Part shown: positions 34,846 to 44,318 of the stretch, in pieces | Layout of the letters: the number at the start of each line of letters is the position of its first letter | How positions within the stretch are numbered: the stretch's first letter is position 1 | Virus record (IMG/VR): IMGVR_UViG_3300049165_000082 | Span: 1-45,859 of that record | DNA length: 45,859 nt | Reading direction: 5' to 3' (one strand) | DNA from: a virus | Taxonomy: Duplodnaviria > Caudoviricetes | Made by a program: the position numbers and the translations under genes | The notes under the pieces: generated by a model | What the model saw: the letters and a program-made list of their open reading frames with translations, nothing else | What the model was told of the DNA's origin: nothing | The model's database searches: none

Positions 34846-35283
34846 TCAGTCCTTGCTGGTGTCGCGCTTGGCGCGCTCTTCCGCCTCGATCATGTAGCGC
34901 CAGCGCATGAGGTCTTCCTTCGACTTGCCGGCCAAGTGGCCCACGATGATGCGGACTTCCTCGTCGTAGCCGCTCAGTTCGGTGGCCTCGTACTGGAGCC
35001 ACTGCGCGGCGACAGCCTCTTGTACGTGCCGGAGCGGCCGGCCGATGCCGTTGGCGATGGCGCGCATCTGCTCGACGGAAGGCGGATTGACCGGCGGGGT
35101 TCTGACCAGCTTCTGGAGTGCCTGCTTGGCGAGCTTCGTGCCGCTGTCAGGGTCGATGGCCCGGTTGGCCATGTCCTGGTAGGACAGGCCCCTCGCCTGG
35201 TTGGCTTCCTGGATGAGCTGGGAGAGCGCGCCCATGTGTGCCTCGGCCGTACCAGCTTGGGGGGCGGTGGCCGCAGCGTCCAT
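34846..35283 (-). CDS. Immunity repressor (XRE-like)
   Basis: GLSYQDMA...PPSVEQMRAIANGIGRP; divergent from the Cro-like gene, upstream of int. Confidence 0.75.
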   Translation of the reverse strand: MDAAATAPQAGTAEAHMGALSQLIQEANQARGLSYQDMANRAIDPDSGTKLAKQALQKLVRTPPVNPPSVEQMRAIANGIGRPLRHVQEAVAAQWLQYEATELSGYDEEVRIIVGHLAGKSKEDLMRWRYMIEAEERAKRDTSKD

Positions 35284-35387
35284 GTCGTTTCCCTCTTCCT
35301 CTCGCGTCACCTTCGCACCGACTGTCTCTATGAGTAGGAGTGTGCGCCGGAAAAATAGCAGGTCAGTCCCTACAACCTTCCGGCATT

Positions 35388-35495
35388 GGGGACAGATCGT
35401 CTACGGGAGCATGCTATCTAGCCACAAACTTTGCCGATACCGGTCGGTAGGTCGTCCCGAATCTGTTGACGGATCGTCCCTGTTCTGGTTAAGTC
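35388..35495. promoter_or_regulatory. Lysis/lysogeny switch: divergent promoters and operators
   Basis: GACAGATCGTC (35391) and GACGGATCGTC (35468); the latter overlaps the TTGACG -35; minus-strand TAGCAT -10 near 35411-16. Confidence 0.65.
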
Positions 35496-35532
35496 AAGGG
35501 CAGTGAAAGGCACCTCCGCAACGGGGAGATTC

Positions 35533-35808
35533 ATGAGCGTGCGCTACACCCTGAGAGACCTGGACACCTTCAGAAAGATAATGAAAAGCCCAGGTCGGGG
35601 GGTCCCATACACCGTCCGCACCCTCGCGGAAGCGAGCGGCGTATCCCGCTCTCAGGTCGGCCACCTCGTCAGCGGCGAACGCCGCACCCTCGAAGTCACC
35701 GAAGCTCACGCAGTCGCGGAGGCTCTTGGTGTCGCCGTGCTGGTGCTTTTCATGCCCCCGTCGTCCCCAGAACAGGGACATGCTGACACCGGAATGACCC
35801 CCACATAG
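35533..35808 (+). CDS. Cro-like HTH protein
   Basis: TVRTLAEASGVSRSQVGHLVSGER; GGGGAG RBS. Confidence 0.85.
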   Translation: MSVRYTLRDLDTFRKIMKSPGRGVPYTVRTLAEASGVSRSQVGHLVSGERRTLEVTEAHAVAEALGVAVLVLFMPPSSPEQGHADTGMTPT

Positions 35809-35820
35809 GAAGGAGAGGAC

Positions 35821-36090
35821 GTGCCCAGGCCCGCCAAGGTCCCCACGCCCCCGCCCGCCGGCTATCTCTGGACCCCCGACGCGGCCCGCCGCATCGGCCG
35901 CAGCGTCAAGACCCTCTGGAACTACTCGCACCTCGGCAAGGGCCCCAAGCCCCGGCGTATCGGCCGCAAGCTCGCCTACAAGATCAGCGAGTTGGACGAG
36001 TTCCTGCAGACCGAGCTGGACAGCGAGCCCGACGCCGCCCGCGTCCACGAGTCCCGCCCGCCGGAGCCCCGGCTCGCGCGCATCGCCTGA
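35821..36090 (+). CDS. Excisionase/AlpA-like HTH protein
   Basis: AARRIGRSVKTLWNY...GPKPRRIGRKLAYKISELDEFL. Confidence 0.8.
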   Translation: MPRPAKVPTPPPAGYLWTPDAARRIGRSVKTLWNYSHLGKGPKPRRIGRKLAYKISELDEFLQTELDSEPDAARVHESRPPEPRLARIA

Positions 36091-36195
36091 GCCGGCCCGC
36101 GCCGCCGCCTGAACGGCAATGAGGCCGCCCCGCAGCCACGAGGCGACCTCAACGATCCACCCCCACCAGAACACACGAAACGAAAGGGGCTTCAC

Positions 36196-37029
36196 GTGCC
36201 TCGATTCTCTCAGATGGCGTTGGAGGACAGCCCTCCCGTCGTCCCCGACCTCACCGCCTACGACGTGATCCTCGTCGCCTCCAGTGCGGGCAAGGATTCC
36301 CAGGCGATGCTCGACTACGTCGCCGAGCTCGCCCGTGAAGCCGACGTCATGGACCGCGTCGTCGTCCTGCACAACGACCTCGGTGAAGTCGAGTGGCCCG
36401 GGACGAGTGAACTCGCCCAGGAGCAGGCCGAGCATTACGGCCTCCGCTTCGAGATGCGCCACCGCGAGCAGGGCCTCCTCCTCGACCAGATCCGCGCACG
36501 GCACTACAAACTGCGCGCCAAGGGCGACACCACCACCCCCGCGTGGCCCTCTTCCGCAGCCCGCTACTGCACTTCCGACCAGAAGCGCGGCCCGGCCCGC
36601 AAACTCATCACCCAGCTCGTCAGCGAACTGAACCTGGACCGGCAGGCCCGCGTTCTGTACTGCATCGGCATCCGTGCCCAGGAGTCCAACGGTCGCGCGA
36701 AGAAGCCGCACCTGGAGCTCGACAAGGCGGCCACCTCCGGCGTCCGCGAGGTCACCACCTGGCACCCGATCCTCAACTGGACCGAAGACCAGGTCTGGGA
36801 CCGCATCCACGCCTCCGGGGTCCGCTACCACTTGGCCTACGACAAGGGCATGAAGCGGCTGTCCTGCTCCTTCTGTGTCCTCGCCTCCCGCGACGACCTG
36901 GCCTGCGCCGCCCGGCTCCGGCCCGCGATGGCTCGCAAGTACCTGGAGCTGGAGCAGGAGATCGGCCACACCTTCAAGGCCGACCTGTCCATGGCGGAGA
37001 TCGTCGCCGAAGCGGAGGTCGCGGCATGA
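36196..37029 (+). CDS. PAPS reductase family (PP-loop, DndC-related) protein
   Basis: SSAGKDS PP-loop, RYCTSDQK, GIRAQES..R, HPILNWT, RLSCSFC. Confidence 0.88.
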   Translation: MPRFSQMALEDSPPVVPDLTAYDVILVASSAGKDSQAMLDYVAELAREADVMDRVVVLHNDLGEVEWPGTSELAQEQAEHYGLRFEMRHREQGLLLDQIRARHYKLRAKGDTTTPAWPSSAARYCTSDQKRGPARKLITQLVSELNLDRQARVLYCIGIRAQESNGRAKKPHLELDKAATSGVREVTTWHPILNWTEDQVWDRIHASGVRYHLAYDKGMKRLSCSFCVLASRDDLACAARLRPAMARKYLELEQEIGHTFKADLSMAEIVAEAEVAA

Positions 37030-37295
37030 ACGACCTGACCCCGTTCGACGAGATCACCGCGAAGCTCCCGCAGCTGTCCGCGTTCCAGGCCCTGTGGAAC
37101 GAGGCGGAGGAGCTGCTGACAGCCGCGCACCCGGAGGGCTTCGAGGTCGAGGAGATCGGCCGGATCGCCTTCGACTGCCTGCCTGAGCACGAGCAGCCGG
37201 CCGCGCTGGACGCCCTCTTCTACTGCTGGTGGACCGCGCTCCAGTCCGACCGCGAACGGCGTGCCGCCTTCGAGGCCATGGGAGGTGCGGCATGA
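37026..37295 (+). CDS. Hypothetical protein
   Basis: GGAGG plus ATGA coupling; high GC3. Confidence 0.65.
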   Translation: MNDLTPFDEITAKLPQLSAFQALWNEAEELLTAAHPEGFEVEEIGRIAFDCLPEHEQPAALDALFYCWWTALQSDRERRAAFEAMGGAA

Positions 37296-37861
37296 AGTGC
37301 GGAGAGCCGATGCCCGGTGACGGCTGGCGCGAGTGCGACCAGAAGCTCAACCACAAGGGTGCCCACCGCTACCTCAACCAGTCGTGGCCCCGCCCCGTAC
37401 CGAACGAGCCGAACCCGGACGTCGAGTCGCTGCTGGAGAGCACGCGAGGCGGACGGTCGTGGGGGCTGGACGAGCGGCGCTTCCCGATCGTCGTCGTCGA
37501 GACCGTGACCCGGGTGATGTGGGTCGACGCCGAGAACGAAGACGATGCGCTCGCCCGCTGGGTGGACGACTACAGCGACATCGACCTGGAGGGCGCCCGT
37601 GTCATCGCCGGTGAGCTGGACTTCCGGCGCCTGGAGGAGTTCGAGCGCTACGAGTTGCGCCACGCCCCGCTCGGCCCGGTCATTGCCTGCCCGGACTGCG
37701 GCGACTTGGCCATGACTCGGTCCTGGTACCACAACCCGCTGCGCAAGTGCCATGGCCCGATCGAGTGGACCGAGACCAAGGCGCCGAACCCGCGCTACCG
37801 GTGGCGGCGCAAGTTCCACGCCACGCCGGTCGGCGGCATCCGAGAGGCGGTGGCGGCATGA
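37292..37861 (+). CDS. Hypothetical Cys/His-containing protein
   Basis: Coupled; C..C..H..H N-terminus and CPDCG motif. Confidence 0.65.
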   Translation: MKCGEPMPGDGWRECDQKLNHKGAHRYLNQSWPRPVPNEPNPDVESLLESTRGGRSWGLDERRFPIVVVETVTRVMWVDAENEDDALARWVDDYSDIDLEGARVIAGELDFRRLEEFERYELRHAPLGPVIACPDCGDLAMTRSWYHNPLRKCHGPIEWTETKAPNPRYRWRRKFHATPVGGIREAVAA

Positions 37862-37992
37862 ACGCCGAGCAGCGCAAGCAGCCCCCGGCTCCGACGGATC
37901 CGCGTGTGGGCCTGAACCCGACGGGCCGCCCGCGCCGGTCGTCGGCCCCCAGCCGCAGGAAGCACGCCCGCCGCCAGGGAGGTGCCGCGTGA
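37858..37992 (+). CDS. Small basic hypothetical protein
   Basis: Coupled at both ends. Confidence 0.5.
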   Translation: MNAEQRKQPPAPTDPRVGLNPTGRPRRSSAPSRRKHARRQGGAA

Positions 37993-38375
37993 CCAGCACG
38001 ATGGAGTGGATCCGCCGCACCTACGACGTGCCCGCCCGCCACGGCATGCGCATCGAGTACGACGGCAAGCCCGCCACGATCATCGGCACCCGTGGCCCCT
38101 GGCTCACCTTCCGCATCGACGGGGAGAAGCGCCGCACCGTCGGCCACCCCTGCTACCGCATCGTCTACCCGGCCGTGCCCGAACCCGCCCGGCCACGCGG
38201 ATGGTGCAAGCACTGCGGCAAGGACCGGGCCATGACCCGCGAGGACGTCATGGGCGCGCACCGCTGGGGCGGCAAGGACTGGTCCGAGCCCTGCCCCGGG
38301 TCCGGCAAGCCGCCGTGGAAGCCCGTCCGCAACCTGACCCACCCCGGCGAGCAGAGGAAGGAGACCGCCCGATGA
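37989..38375 (+). CDS. Hypothetical protein with zinc-finger motif
   Basis: WIRRTYDVPARHGMRIEY; CKHC...H...CPGSG. Confidence 0.65.
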   Translation: MTSTMEWIRRTYDVPARHGMRIEYDGKPATIIGTRGPWLTFRIDGEKRRTVGHPCYRIVYPAVPEPARPRGWCKHCGKDRAMTREDVMGAHRWGGKDWSEPCPGSGKPPWKPVRNLTHPGEQRKETAR

Positions 38376-38839
38376 ACGACCCGATCACCTACGGCCCGAC
38401 CGGCATCCGCTGCGGCTGCGGCAAGGACGCCCACAGCAACCTTGTCCCCTGCCGAGACGACGAGATGGCCGCCGCTGTGGCCGCGCAGGATGCGCTGCCG
38501 GTGCCGGTCGGCGACCAGCTCCAGCCGCTCGACGAGCGGCTCGCGGGCATCGCAGCCCGCGCCGAGGCCGCCAGCAAGGGGCCGTGGAAGGTGTGCGAGA
38601 ACTACAACGACGTCCTCGACGGCGACGGCCACCAGATCATCAGCCACTTCCACGACGCCGACGGCCAGTTCACCGCCCACGCCCGCCAGGACGTGCCCGC
38701 CCTGCTGGTGGAGGTCCAGCGCCTCAAGGCCCAGCGCTCCTTCCTGCTGAACCAGCTCCGCATCAAGGACGCTCGCTCCGGCGACGCCGACCGTGCTCTG
38801 CGCCAGTTCCTCGGCTCCACCGAGGAGGCGGCGTCGTGA
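38372..38839 (+). CDS. Ead/Ea22-like protein
   Basis: RAEAASKGPW...DGQFTAHARQDVPALLVEVQRL. Confidence 0.6.
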   Translation: MNDPITYGPTGIRCGCGKDAHSNLVPCRDDEMAAAVAAQDALPVPVGDQLQPLDERLAGIAARAEAASKGPWKVCENYNDVLDGDGHQIISHFHDADGQFTAHARQDVPALLVEVQRLKAQRSFLLNQLRIKDARSGDADRALRQFLGSTEEAAS

Positions 38840-38994
38840 CCCGCCCGATCGACGACCTGGACGTGCCGCTGCCGGCGCTCAAGGAGCGGATCGCGGACCT
38901 CGTCACCCGGCAGGACGAGCAGCGCGCCAACGAGTCCGCTGCCCGCCTGCAAGCCCTGCTCGCCCCCACCACGCCCGAGGAGGCTGTGTCGTGA
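38836..38994 (+). CDS. Small hypothetical protein
   Basis: Coupled GTGA. Confidence 0.55.
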   Translation: MTRPIDDLDVPLPALKERIADLVTRQDEQRANESAARLQALLAPTTPEEAVS

Positions 38995-39227
38995 GCGCTG
39001 ACATCTACGGCGGGATCACCGTCGCCCTGAACGACGCCCCCATCCGTACCGAGTTCGACCACGGTATCGACGGCAAGCCACTCGCCCGGCTCGTCATCGG
39101 CGAACCCGGCAGGTCAGTCGCGATCACCGTCAGCGACTCCAGCCCCGCAACCGTCGACCAGCTCGCCGAAGCGGTCGCCCGCCTCGCCGCATGGACCCAG
39201 CGGCAGGCCCTCAGGGAGGTGGCGTGA
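38991..39227 (+). CDS. Hypothetical protein
   Basis: Coupled GTGA. Confidence 0.6.
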   Translation: MSADIYGGITVALNDAPIRTEFDHGIDGKPLARLVIGEPGRSVAITVSDSSPATVDQLAEAVARLAAWTQRQALREVA

Positions 39228-39430
39228 TGGCCACCGTCGCAGAGCCCCGCCCGCTGGCTGACTTGGAGCAGGACGCCCTCGCCCAGGTGGAGGCCGAGTT
39301 CGCCCGCCGCGCCCGAGGCGCCCGGCCGTGGACGCCCGCCGAGTACGTCGACCGCATCGAGCAGGTCCACGTCCGCTACAACCACCGCCGCCAATGGCTG
39401 CGCACCCACCAGCAGGGAGCCGAGTCGTGA
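39227..39430 (+). CDS. Hypothetical protein
   Basis: Coupled TGATG. Confidence 0.6.
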   Translation: MATVAEPRPLADLEQDALAQVEAEFARRARGARPWTPAEYVDRIEQVHVRYNHRRQWLRTHQQGAES

Positions 39431-39618
39431 CCGTCGACCTGGCCACCCTGCCGCCCACCCCCACCACCGCCGACCCGGTGATCCTGCCAGGCCTCCTCAC
39501 CGGCCTCGGCATCACCTCGCGGCGAGTGCCCGCGTGGATCACCCACCCCGACCTCATCGCCTCCATCGAGGCCGGCCTCATCGACATCGACGACGAATAC
39601 ATGGGAGCCACCCAGTGA
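39427..39618 (+). CDS. Hypothetical protein
   Basis: Coupled GTGA. Confidence 0.55.
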   Translation: MTVDLATLPPTPTTADPVILPGLLTGLGITSRRVPAWITHPDLIASIEAGLIDIDDEYMGATQ

Positions 39619-40064
39619 CCACCCGCACCCTGCCCCACGCCCCGTACATCCACGCCGTGGAAGCCGCCCTCACCGAGGCCAAGATGCAGCCCGAGCAGAC
39701 CGACGCGTTCGTCGAGGACTCCTACGACGCCCCGTACCTGCGCGGCGTCATCACCCTCACCCCGGAAACGTCCGGCATCCCCGCCGACCGGTTCCCGCAC
39801 GGCCTGATCCTCATCTGGGACTGGCACACCGGCCGCGACCAGTACTACACCCGCGGCCCGGTCTGGCAGTGGGCCCGCCTCAACGACGACGGCTCCAACC
39901 GGGACCCCGAGCCGCTACCCGTGCCCGGCTGGGTCGCCCCGGAGATGCTCGCCGGCGCCGTCGCCACCCTCGCCCACACCGGCACCCCGACACGGATGAC
40001 CACCGGCTGGCACCAGCACCTCCGCGAGGCCGTCGAGACCGCCATCGAGGCGTGGGAGGCGTGA
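39615..40064 (+). CDS. Hypothetical protein
   Basis: Coupled GTGA; LPHAPYIHAVEAAL...GLILIWDW. Confidence 0.65.
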   Translation: MTTRTLPHAPYIHAVEAALTEAKMQPEQTDAFVEDSYDAPYLRGVITLTPETSGIPADRFPHGLILIWDWHTGRDQYYTRGPVWQWARLNDDGSNRDPEPLPVPGWVAPEMLAGAVATLAHTGTPTRMTTGWHQHLREAVETAIEAWEA

Positions 40065-40423
40065 TGTCTGAGGCGACAGGCGTCTGCGCCGACTGCCGCG
40101 AGATGGCGGACAACCGGGCCTGGGTCCTGCGGGCCCTCGGCCACCCCGAGTGCGTCGCCGCCCTCCGTGCCGAGCAGCTCGCCGCCCGCAAGTTCTGGAT
40201 CCGCATCAACCCGCAGGGCTGCGTGGAGGGTTCGGCGCTCGGCGAGTACGTCGGCCCGCTCGTCGAGGACGCCCACAAGCAGTTCACGCCGCGCGTCCGC
40301 GACCGACGCAGAGAAGCGGCCGAGGGCTACCGGCACGAACTCGTCGGCCACGACGAATGGCGTCAGCGCGCCGAACCCTGCCTCCTCGGCCGGTGCCAGC
40401 ACCGGAAGGCGGCCGCGTCGTGA
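40064..40423 (+). CDS. Hypothetical Cys-containing protein
   Basis: Coupled TGATG. Confidence 0.6.
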   Translation: MSEATGVCADCREMADNRAWVLRALGHPECVAALRAEQLAARKFWIRINPQGCVEGSALGEYVGPLVEDAHKQFTPRVRDRRREAAEGYRHELVGHDEWRQRAEPCLLGRCQHRKAAAS

Positions 40424-40521
40424 CCGTCGTGGCGGCGTTCATCCTCGTCGCCGCCACCTTCCTGCTCCTCTTCGGCGAGCAGGTCTCCAACAGCATCCGC
40501 ACCGCGAAGGAGAAGCCGTGA
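40420..40521 (+). CDS. Small single-pass membrane peptide (33 aa)
   Basis: MTVVAAFILVAATFLLLFGEQVSNSIRTAKEKP; coupled at both ends. Confidence 0.55.
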   Translation: MTVVAAFILVAATFLLLFGEQVSNSIRTAKEKP

Positions 40522-40958
40522 GCATCACCGACCTGATACCCGCCCTGAAGGGCCACGGCCGGCGTCGCGCCATCGACGAGGTCGAGCGGCTGCGCCGCAA
40601 CGAGATCGCGCTGCTCACCAACCTGCACGCTGCGGGCGATGAGATCGCGCTCCTGCAAAGCGACCTCGCCGAGGCCCGGCAGCAGCAGAACGAGGCGGAG
40701 GAACTCCTCGTGAAGCAGCTGGCCAACCTCGACGATCTGCGCGCCGAGAACGACCAGCTCACGGAGGAGAACAGCCACCTCAAGACGAGGTTCGCCGCTC
40801 AGCTGGCCGCCGACGCGAACGCCAACCGCATCACCGTGCCGCCCATGGTGCGCCCGGTCGACGGCCCGGAAGACGAGGCCACAGCGCCGATCGACGTCCG
40901 GCCCCTTTGGGACGCGCACGGCATCCGGCCCGTCACCGACCCGGGGCAGGTGCACTGA
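40518..40958 (+). CDS. Coiled-coil hypothetical protein
   Basis: Heptad-rich; coupled. Confidence 0.65.
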   Translation: MSITDLIPALKGHGRRRAIDEVERLRRNEIALLTNLHAAGDEIALLQSDLAEARQQQNEAEELLVKQLANLDDLRAENDQLTEENSHLKTRFAAQLAADANANRITVPPMVRPVDGPEDEATAPIDVRPLWDAHGIRPVTDPGQVH

Positions 40959-41272
40959 TGGCGATCAAGACGCAGACATTCCACATCGCCATCTGCGACG
41001 TCACCGGCTGCCGCGCCGAATTCGACGAGACCGGCGACTACCGGCACTGGGACACCAGCCCCGAAGCCGCCCTCGACCAGATCCGCTACGTCGAAGGCGA
41101 CACCGACTGGCGAATCGTCGGCGAGGCGACCGTGGTCTGCCCCGCCAGCGACACCGCCCACTACCTCGCCCGCGGCGGCGAGAGTCCCACCCTGCTGCGG
41201 ACCAGCCGGGACGCCGCCCGCTACACGGCGCCGCTCGCGTCGGAACTCATCACCGAATCCGACGCCGCCTGA
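40958..41272 (+). CDS. Hypothetical protein
   Basis: ICDVTGC...VCP; coupled. Confidence 0.6.
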   Translation: MAIKTQTFHIAICDVTGCRAEFDETGDYRHWDTSPEAALDQIRYVEGDTDWRIVGEATVVCPASDTAHYLARGGESPTLLRTSRDAARYTAPLASELITESDAA

Positions 41273-41384
41273 CCCGCCGCCCGCCGGATGAACACCGGGC
41301 CGGCGGAGCGGCGCACAACGCACGAACCCCCGAGCGCTAGAGACGCCCGGGGATCCGACACCAGCATCCCACAGGGAGAACCCC

Positions 41385-41927
41385 ATGATCGGTGAGACCA
41401 CCGAGTACCGCATGGTCGTCCACGGCGAGCAGCGGTACACCGTCCCCGACGCCATCCAGGCGGCACCCGGACTCGTCGTGTTCCGGATGCCCGCCGACCA
41501 GTCGATCAACTGCGCGGCCCGCTGGCGCATCGGCCACCACGGCGGGCTCGCCATCGCCGAAGCGATGCGCCGCGAGGATGCCCTGAAGGGCATCGAGATC
41601 CTCACCGAGTCCGGCATCGACTGGACGCGAGACGAGGACGACCTCCAGCACGCGATCAGTAGCGAGGTCGCCCGCGACCTGTACGCGAAGCTCTCCTACG
41701 CCTGGTGCAACGAGCCCGGTAGCAGCTACATGCCCGGCGACGTCACCAGCAACGGCACCTACACGGACGCCGACATCGAGGCCACGGCCGCCGAGTTCAA
41801 GGCGGCCGGCTACAACGCCCTCGACGTCATGGTCGCGATGACTCACCGCGTGCCGTGGATGGGCCTCGACACCGAGGACTTCAACGAAGCCCACAACCGG
41901 ATCGTCGAGCTGTCCGGCGCCGCCTGA
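41385..41927 (+). CDS. Hypothetical protein
   Basis: GGGAG RBS; high GC3. Confidence 0.7.
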   Translation: MIGETTEYRMVVHGEQRYTVPDAIQAAPGLVVFRMPADQSINCAARWRIGHHGGLAIAEAMRREDALKGIEILTESGIDWTRDEDDLQHAISSEVARDLYAKLSYAWCNEPGSSYMPGDVTSNGTYTDADIEATAAEFKAAGYNALDVMVAMTHRVPWMGLDTEDFNEAHNRIVELSGAA

Positions 41928-42053
41928 CCCACATCTCCCATACGGCCGCGTTGAGCAACCCCCAGTGCTCCGCGGCAACCAGGGCCGCCGCCTTGCGGCA
42001 CCCCCCGCCAACAGGCGGCGGCCCTCCTTCACGACACCCAGAAACGGGACCTC

Positions 42054-42293
42054 ATGTACCTCACCCGCACCTTCGGCCGCTGGCAGATCGAACTGCACCA
42101 GCGGGCGATCTACCTCACCAGGAAGCCCAAACCCGACCCGCACTGCGGCGCCTGCCAAGGGCGCGGCGGCCACGGATGGGTCACCGCCAGCGGCGACCCC
42201 GACTGGGAGGACTGCCACTGCCTCGCCTGGCTCCGCACCTGGAGCCTCCGCCTCTGGCCCCGCCGCAACCCCGAGAAGGAGTACCCGTTCTGA
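42054..42293 (+). CDS. Small zinc-finger protein
   Basis: CGACQGRGG...CHC. Confidence 0.6.
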   Translation: MYLTRTFGRWQIELHQRAIYLTRKPKPDPHCGACQGRGGHGWVTASGDPDWEDCHCLAWLRTWSLRLWPRRNPEKEYPF

Positions 42294-42565
42294 TGACCAC
42301 CACCCGACAGCCGCTTCGCTGCACCAGCTGCGGCGACGAAGACGGCCCGTTCACGAAGGACGGACTCTGCGAGGACTGCACTCCCGCAGGTGAGCTGCGC
42401 AGCGCTCTCGAAGACGGCGGCCACCTCAACGAAGCCGGCCTTCGCCTCATGAACAACTACGCCGCCACCGTCCTGATCGACGCAGCCGACACCCTCCGCA
42501 CCGTTCCCGGCTGCCAGGGCGCCGCCAGCACCATCGACAACCTCGCCCGCAGGCGGGCCCAGTGA
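42293..42565 (+). CDS. Small zinc-finger protein
   Basis: CTSCGDEDGPF...LCEDC; coupled. Confidence 0.6.
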   Translation: MTTTRQPLRCTSCGDEDGPFTKDGLCEDCTPAGELRSALEDGGHLNEAGLRLMNNYAATVLIDAADTLRTVPGCQGAASTIDNLARRRAQ

Positions 42566-43425
42566 CCGCCGCCGTCGAGGTCGAGGCGCCGAAGGTCGTC
42601 GACGGCCTGTCCGCCGAGGAGTACCACGCCGATACGACGTCGATCTCCTCGTCCGGGCTCCGCGCCCTGCTCAACCCGGGCTGCCCCGCCCAGTTCAAGT
42701 ACGACCGCGACAACCCCCAGCCGCCGAAGCGCGAGTTCGACGTGGGCAACGCCGTGCACACGGAGGTGTTGGGGGAGGGCCACGACATCGTCGTCCTCGA
42801 CTACCCCGACTGGAAGAAAGTCGAAGCCCGCCAGAAGCGCGACGACGCCTACGCCGCAGGCAAGGTGCCGCTCCTGCCGAAGGAGAAGAAGCAGGTCGAC
42901 GCCATGGCCGAGGCCATTCGTCAGCACCCGCTCGCCGGCCCGCTGTTCGCGCCCGGAACCGGCATCGCCGAGCGGTCTCTGTACTGGACCGACCCTGCGA
43001 CCGGAGTCCGCTGCCGGGTCCGCCCGGACTGGCTGAAGCAGATGCCCGGCCTCACCCTCGCAGTCGACCTGAAGACCACGAAGGACGCCAACCCCGAGGC
43101 CGTCTCACGGGCGATCCGCGACTACTCGTACCACCAGCAGGACGCCCTCTACACCGACGGCATCTGGGCCGCACTCCAGCCCGATGACGTCCGCTTCATC
43201 TTCGTCTTCGTCTCCAAGACCCCGCCCTACCTGATCACGGTGCGGGAGCTCACCGACCAGGACCGCGACATCGGCCGCGCCCGCAACGAACGCGCCCTCC
43301 GCATCTACGCCGACTGCGTCGCCAACGACCACTGGCCCGACTGGACCGGCTCCGTCACCGAAATCCCCCAGATCGGAATGCCGACCTGGGACACCATCCG
43401 CCAAGCAGAGGAATACCTCGGATGA
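42562..43425 (+). CDS. RecE/exonuclease VIII-like PD-(D/E)xK nuclease
   Basis: EEYHAD..ISSS, GNAVH, CRVRPDWL, VDLKTT, YHQQDALY. Confidence 0.9.
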   Translation: MTAAVEVEAPKVVDGLSAEEYHADTTSISSSGLRALLNPGCPAQFKYDRDNPQPPKREFDVGNAVHTEVLGEGHDIVVLDYPDWKKVEARQKRDDAYAAGKVPLLPKEKKQVDAMAEAIRQHPLAGPLFAPGTGIAERSLYWTDPATGVRCRVRPDWLKQMPGLTLAVDLKTTKDANPEAVSRAIRDYSYHQQDALYTDGIWAALQPDDVRFIFVFVSKTPPYLITVRELTDQDRDIGRARNERALRIYADCVANDHWPDWTGSVTEIPQIGMPTWDTIRQAEEYLG

Positions 43426-44243
43426 GCAACGAGATCGCCACCCGCGACCAGCAGGCCGTAGCCACCACCGACCAGCACACCAACACCCTGCCCGCCCCGG
43501 CGCCGACCGCTGGAACCACCGCGCTCATGCAGTGGGCGCAGGAAGCCGACCTCGCCTATCAGATGGCGCAGAAGCTCGCCGCCACCTCGTTCGTCCCCCA
43601 GTCGCTTCGCGGGAAGCCCGGCGACATCGCCGCCGCGATCCTCGCCGGCTCCGAACTCGGCCTGAAGCCCATGGCCACGCTCAAGTCCATCGACATCATC
43701 CAGGGCACCCCCGCCCTCCGGGCGCATGCCATGCGGGCGATCGTCCAGCAGCAGGGCCACGAGATCGAACTCGTCGAGTCCACCGACACCCGGTGCGTCA
43801 TGCGCGGACGCCGCAAGGACTCCGACGCCTGGCAGACCGTCGAGTGGACCGTCGACCGGGCACGACTCATGGGGCTCCTCAACAAGGACCAGTGGAAGAA
43901 GAACCCCAAGGGCATGCTCGTCGCCCGCGCCACCGGCGAACTCTCCCGCCTCATCGCCTCCGACGCCCTCCACGGCATGGCCTACGTGTCCGAAGAGCTC
44001 GAAGGCGTCACCCACGCCGAGGTCATGACGGTCGGAGGAACCGAGTTCCGGACCAAGGCGCCGCTCTCGGTGGCCGCCCTCACCAACCCGCCGACACCGG
44101 CCGGGGTGCAGCGGCCCCTGCCCGCCCCGACCGACGAGCCCGCGTACTCGGTCGCCCGCGATGACCAGGCCGAGGCCGGCGCCTGGGACCAGGACGCCAT
44201 CGACGACTCCACCGACTGGACGCCCGAGCCCGACCAGCCGTAG
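43422..44243 (+). CDS. RecT-like single-strand annealing protein
   Basis: Coupled to RecE; FVPQSLRGKP, GSELGLKPM, WKKNPKGMLVARA, GMAYVSEEL. Confidence 0.8.
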   Translation: MSNEIATRDQQAVATTDQHTNTLPAPAPTAGTTALMQWAQEADLAYQMAQKLAATSFVPQSLRGKPGDIAAAILAGSELGLKPMATLKSIDIIQGTPALRAHAMRAIVQQQGHEIELVESTDTRCVMRGRRKDSDAWQTVEWTVDRARLMGLLNKDQWKKNPKGMLVARATGELSRLIASDALHGMAYVSEELEGVTHAEVMTVGGTEFRTKAPLSVAALTNPPTPAGVQRPLPAPTDEPAYSVARDDQAEAGAWDQDAIDDSTDWTPEPDQP

Positions 44244-44318
44244 CCACCCGAACCCGCACGGGCCGACCCGCCCGCCCAAATCAGGCGGGTCGGCCCTCGC
44301 AAGAGGAGACCACACCAC

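Noticed and set aside
32535-35283. Integration-dependent immunity (attP inside the repressor gene)
   Set aside because: attP lies downstream of int, about 2 kb from the repressor gene.
40420-40521. Arbitrium-like signalling pro-peptide
   Set aside because: Looks like a plain membrane anchor; no TPR/RRNPP receptor gene nearby.
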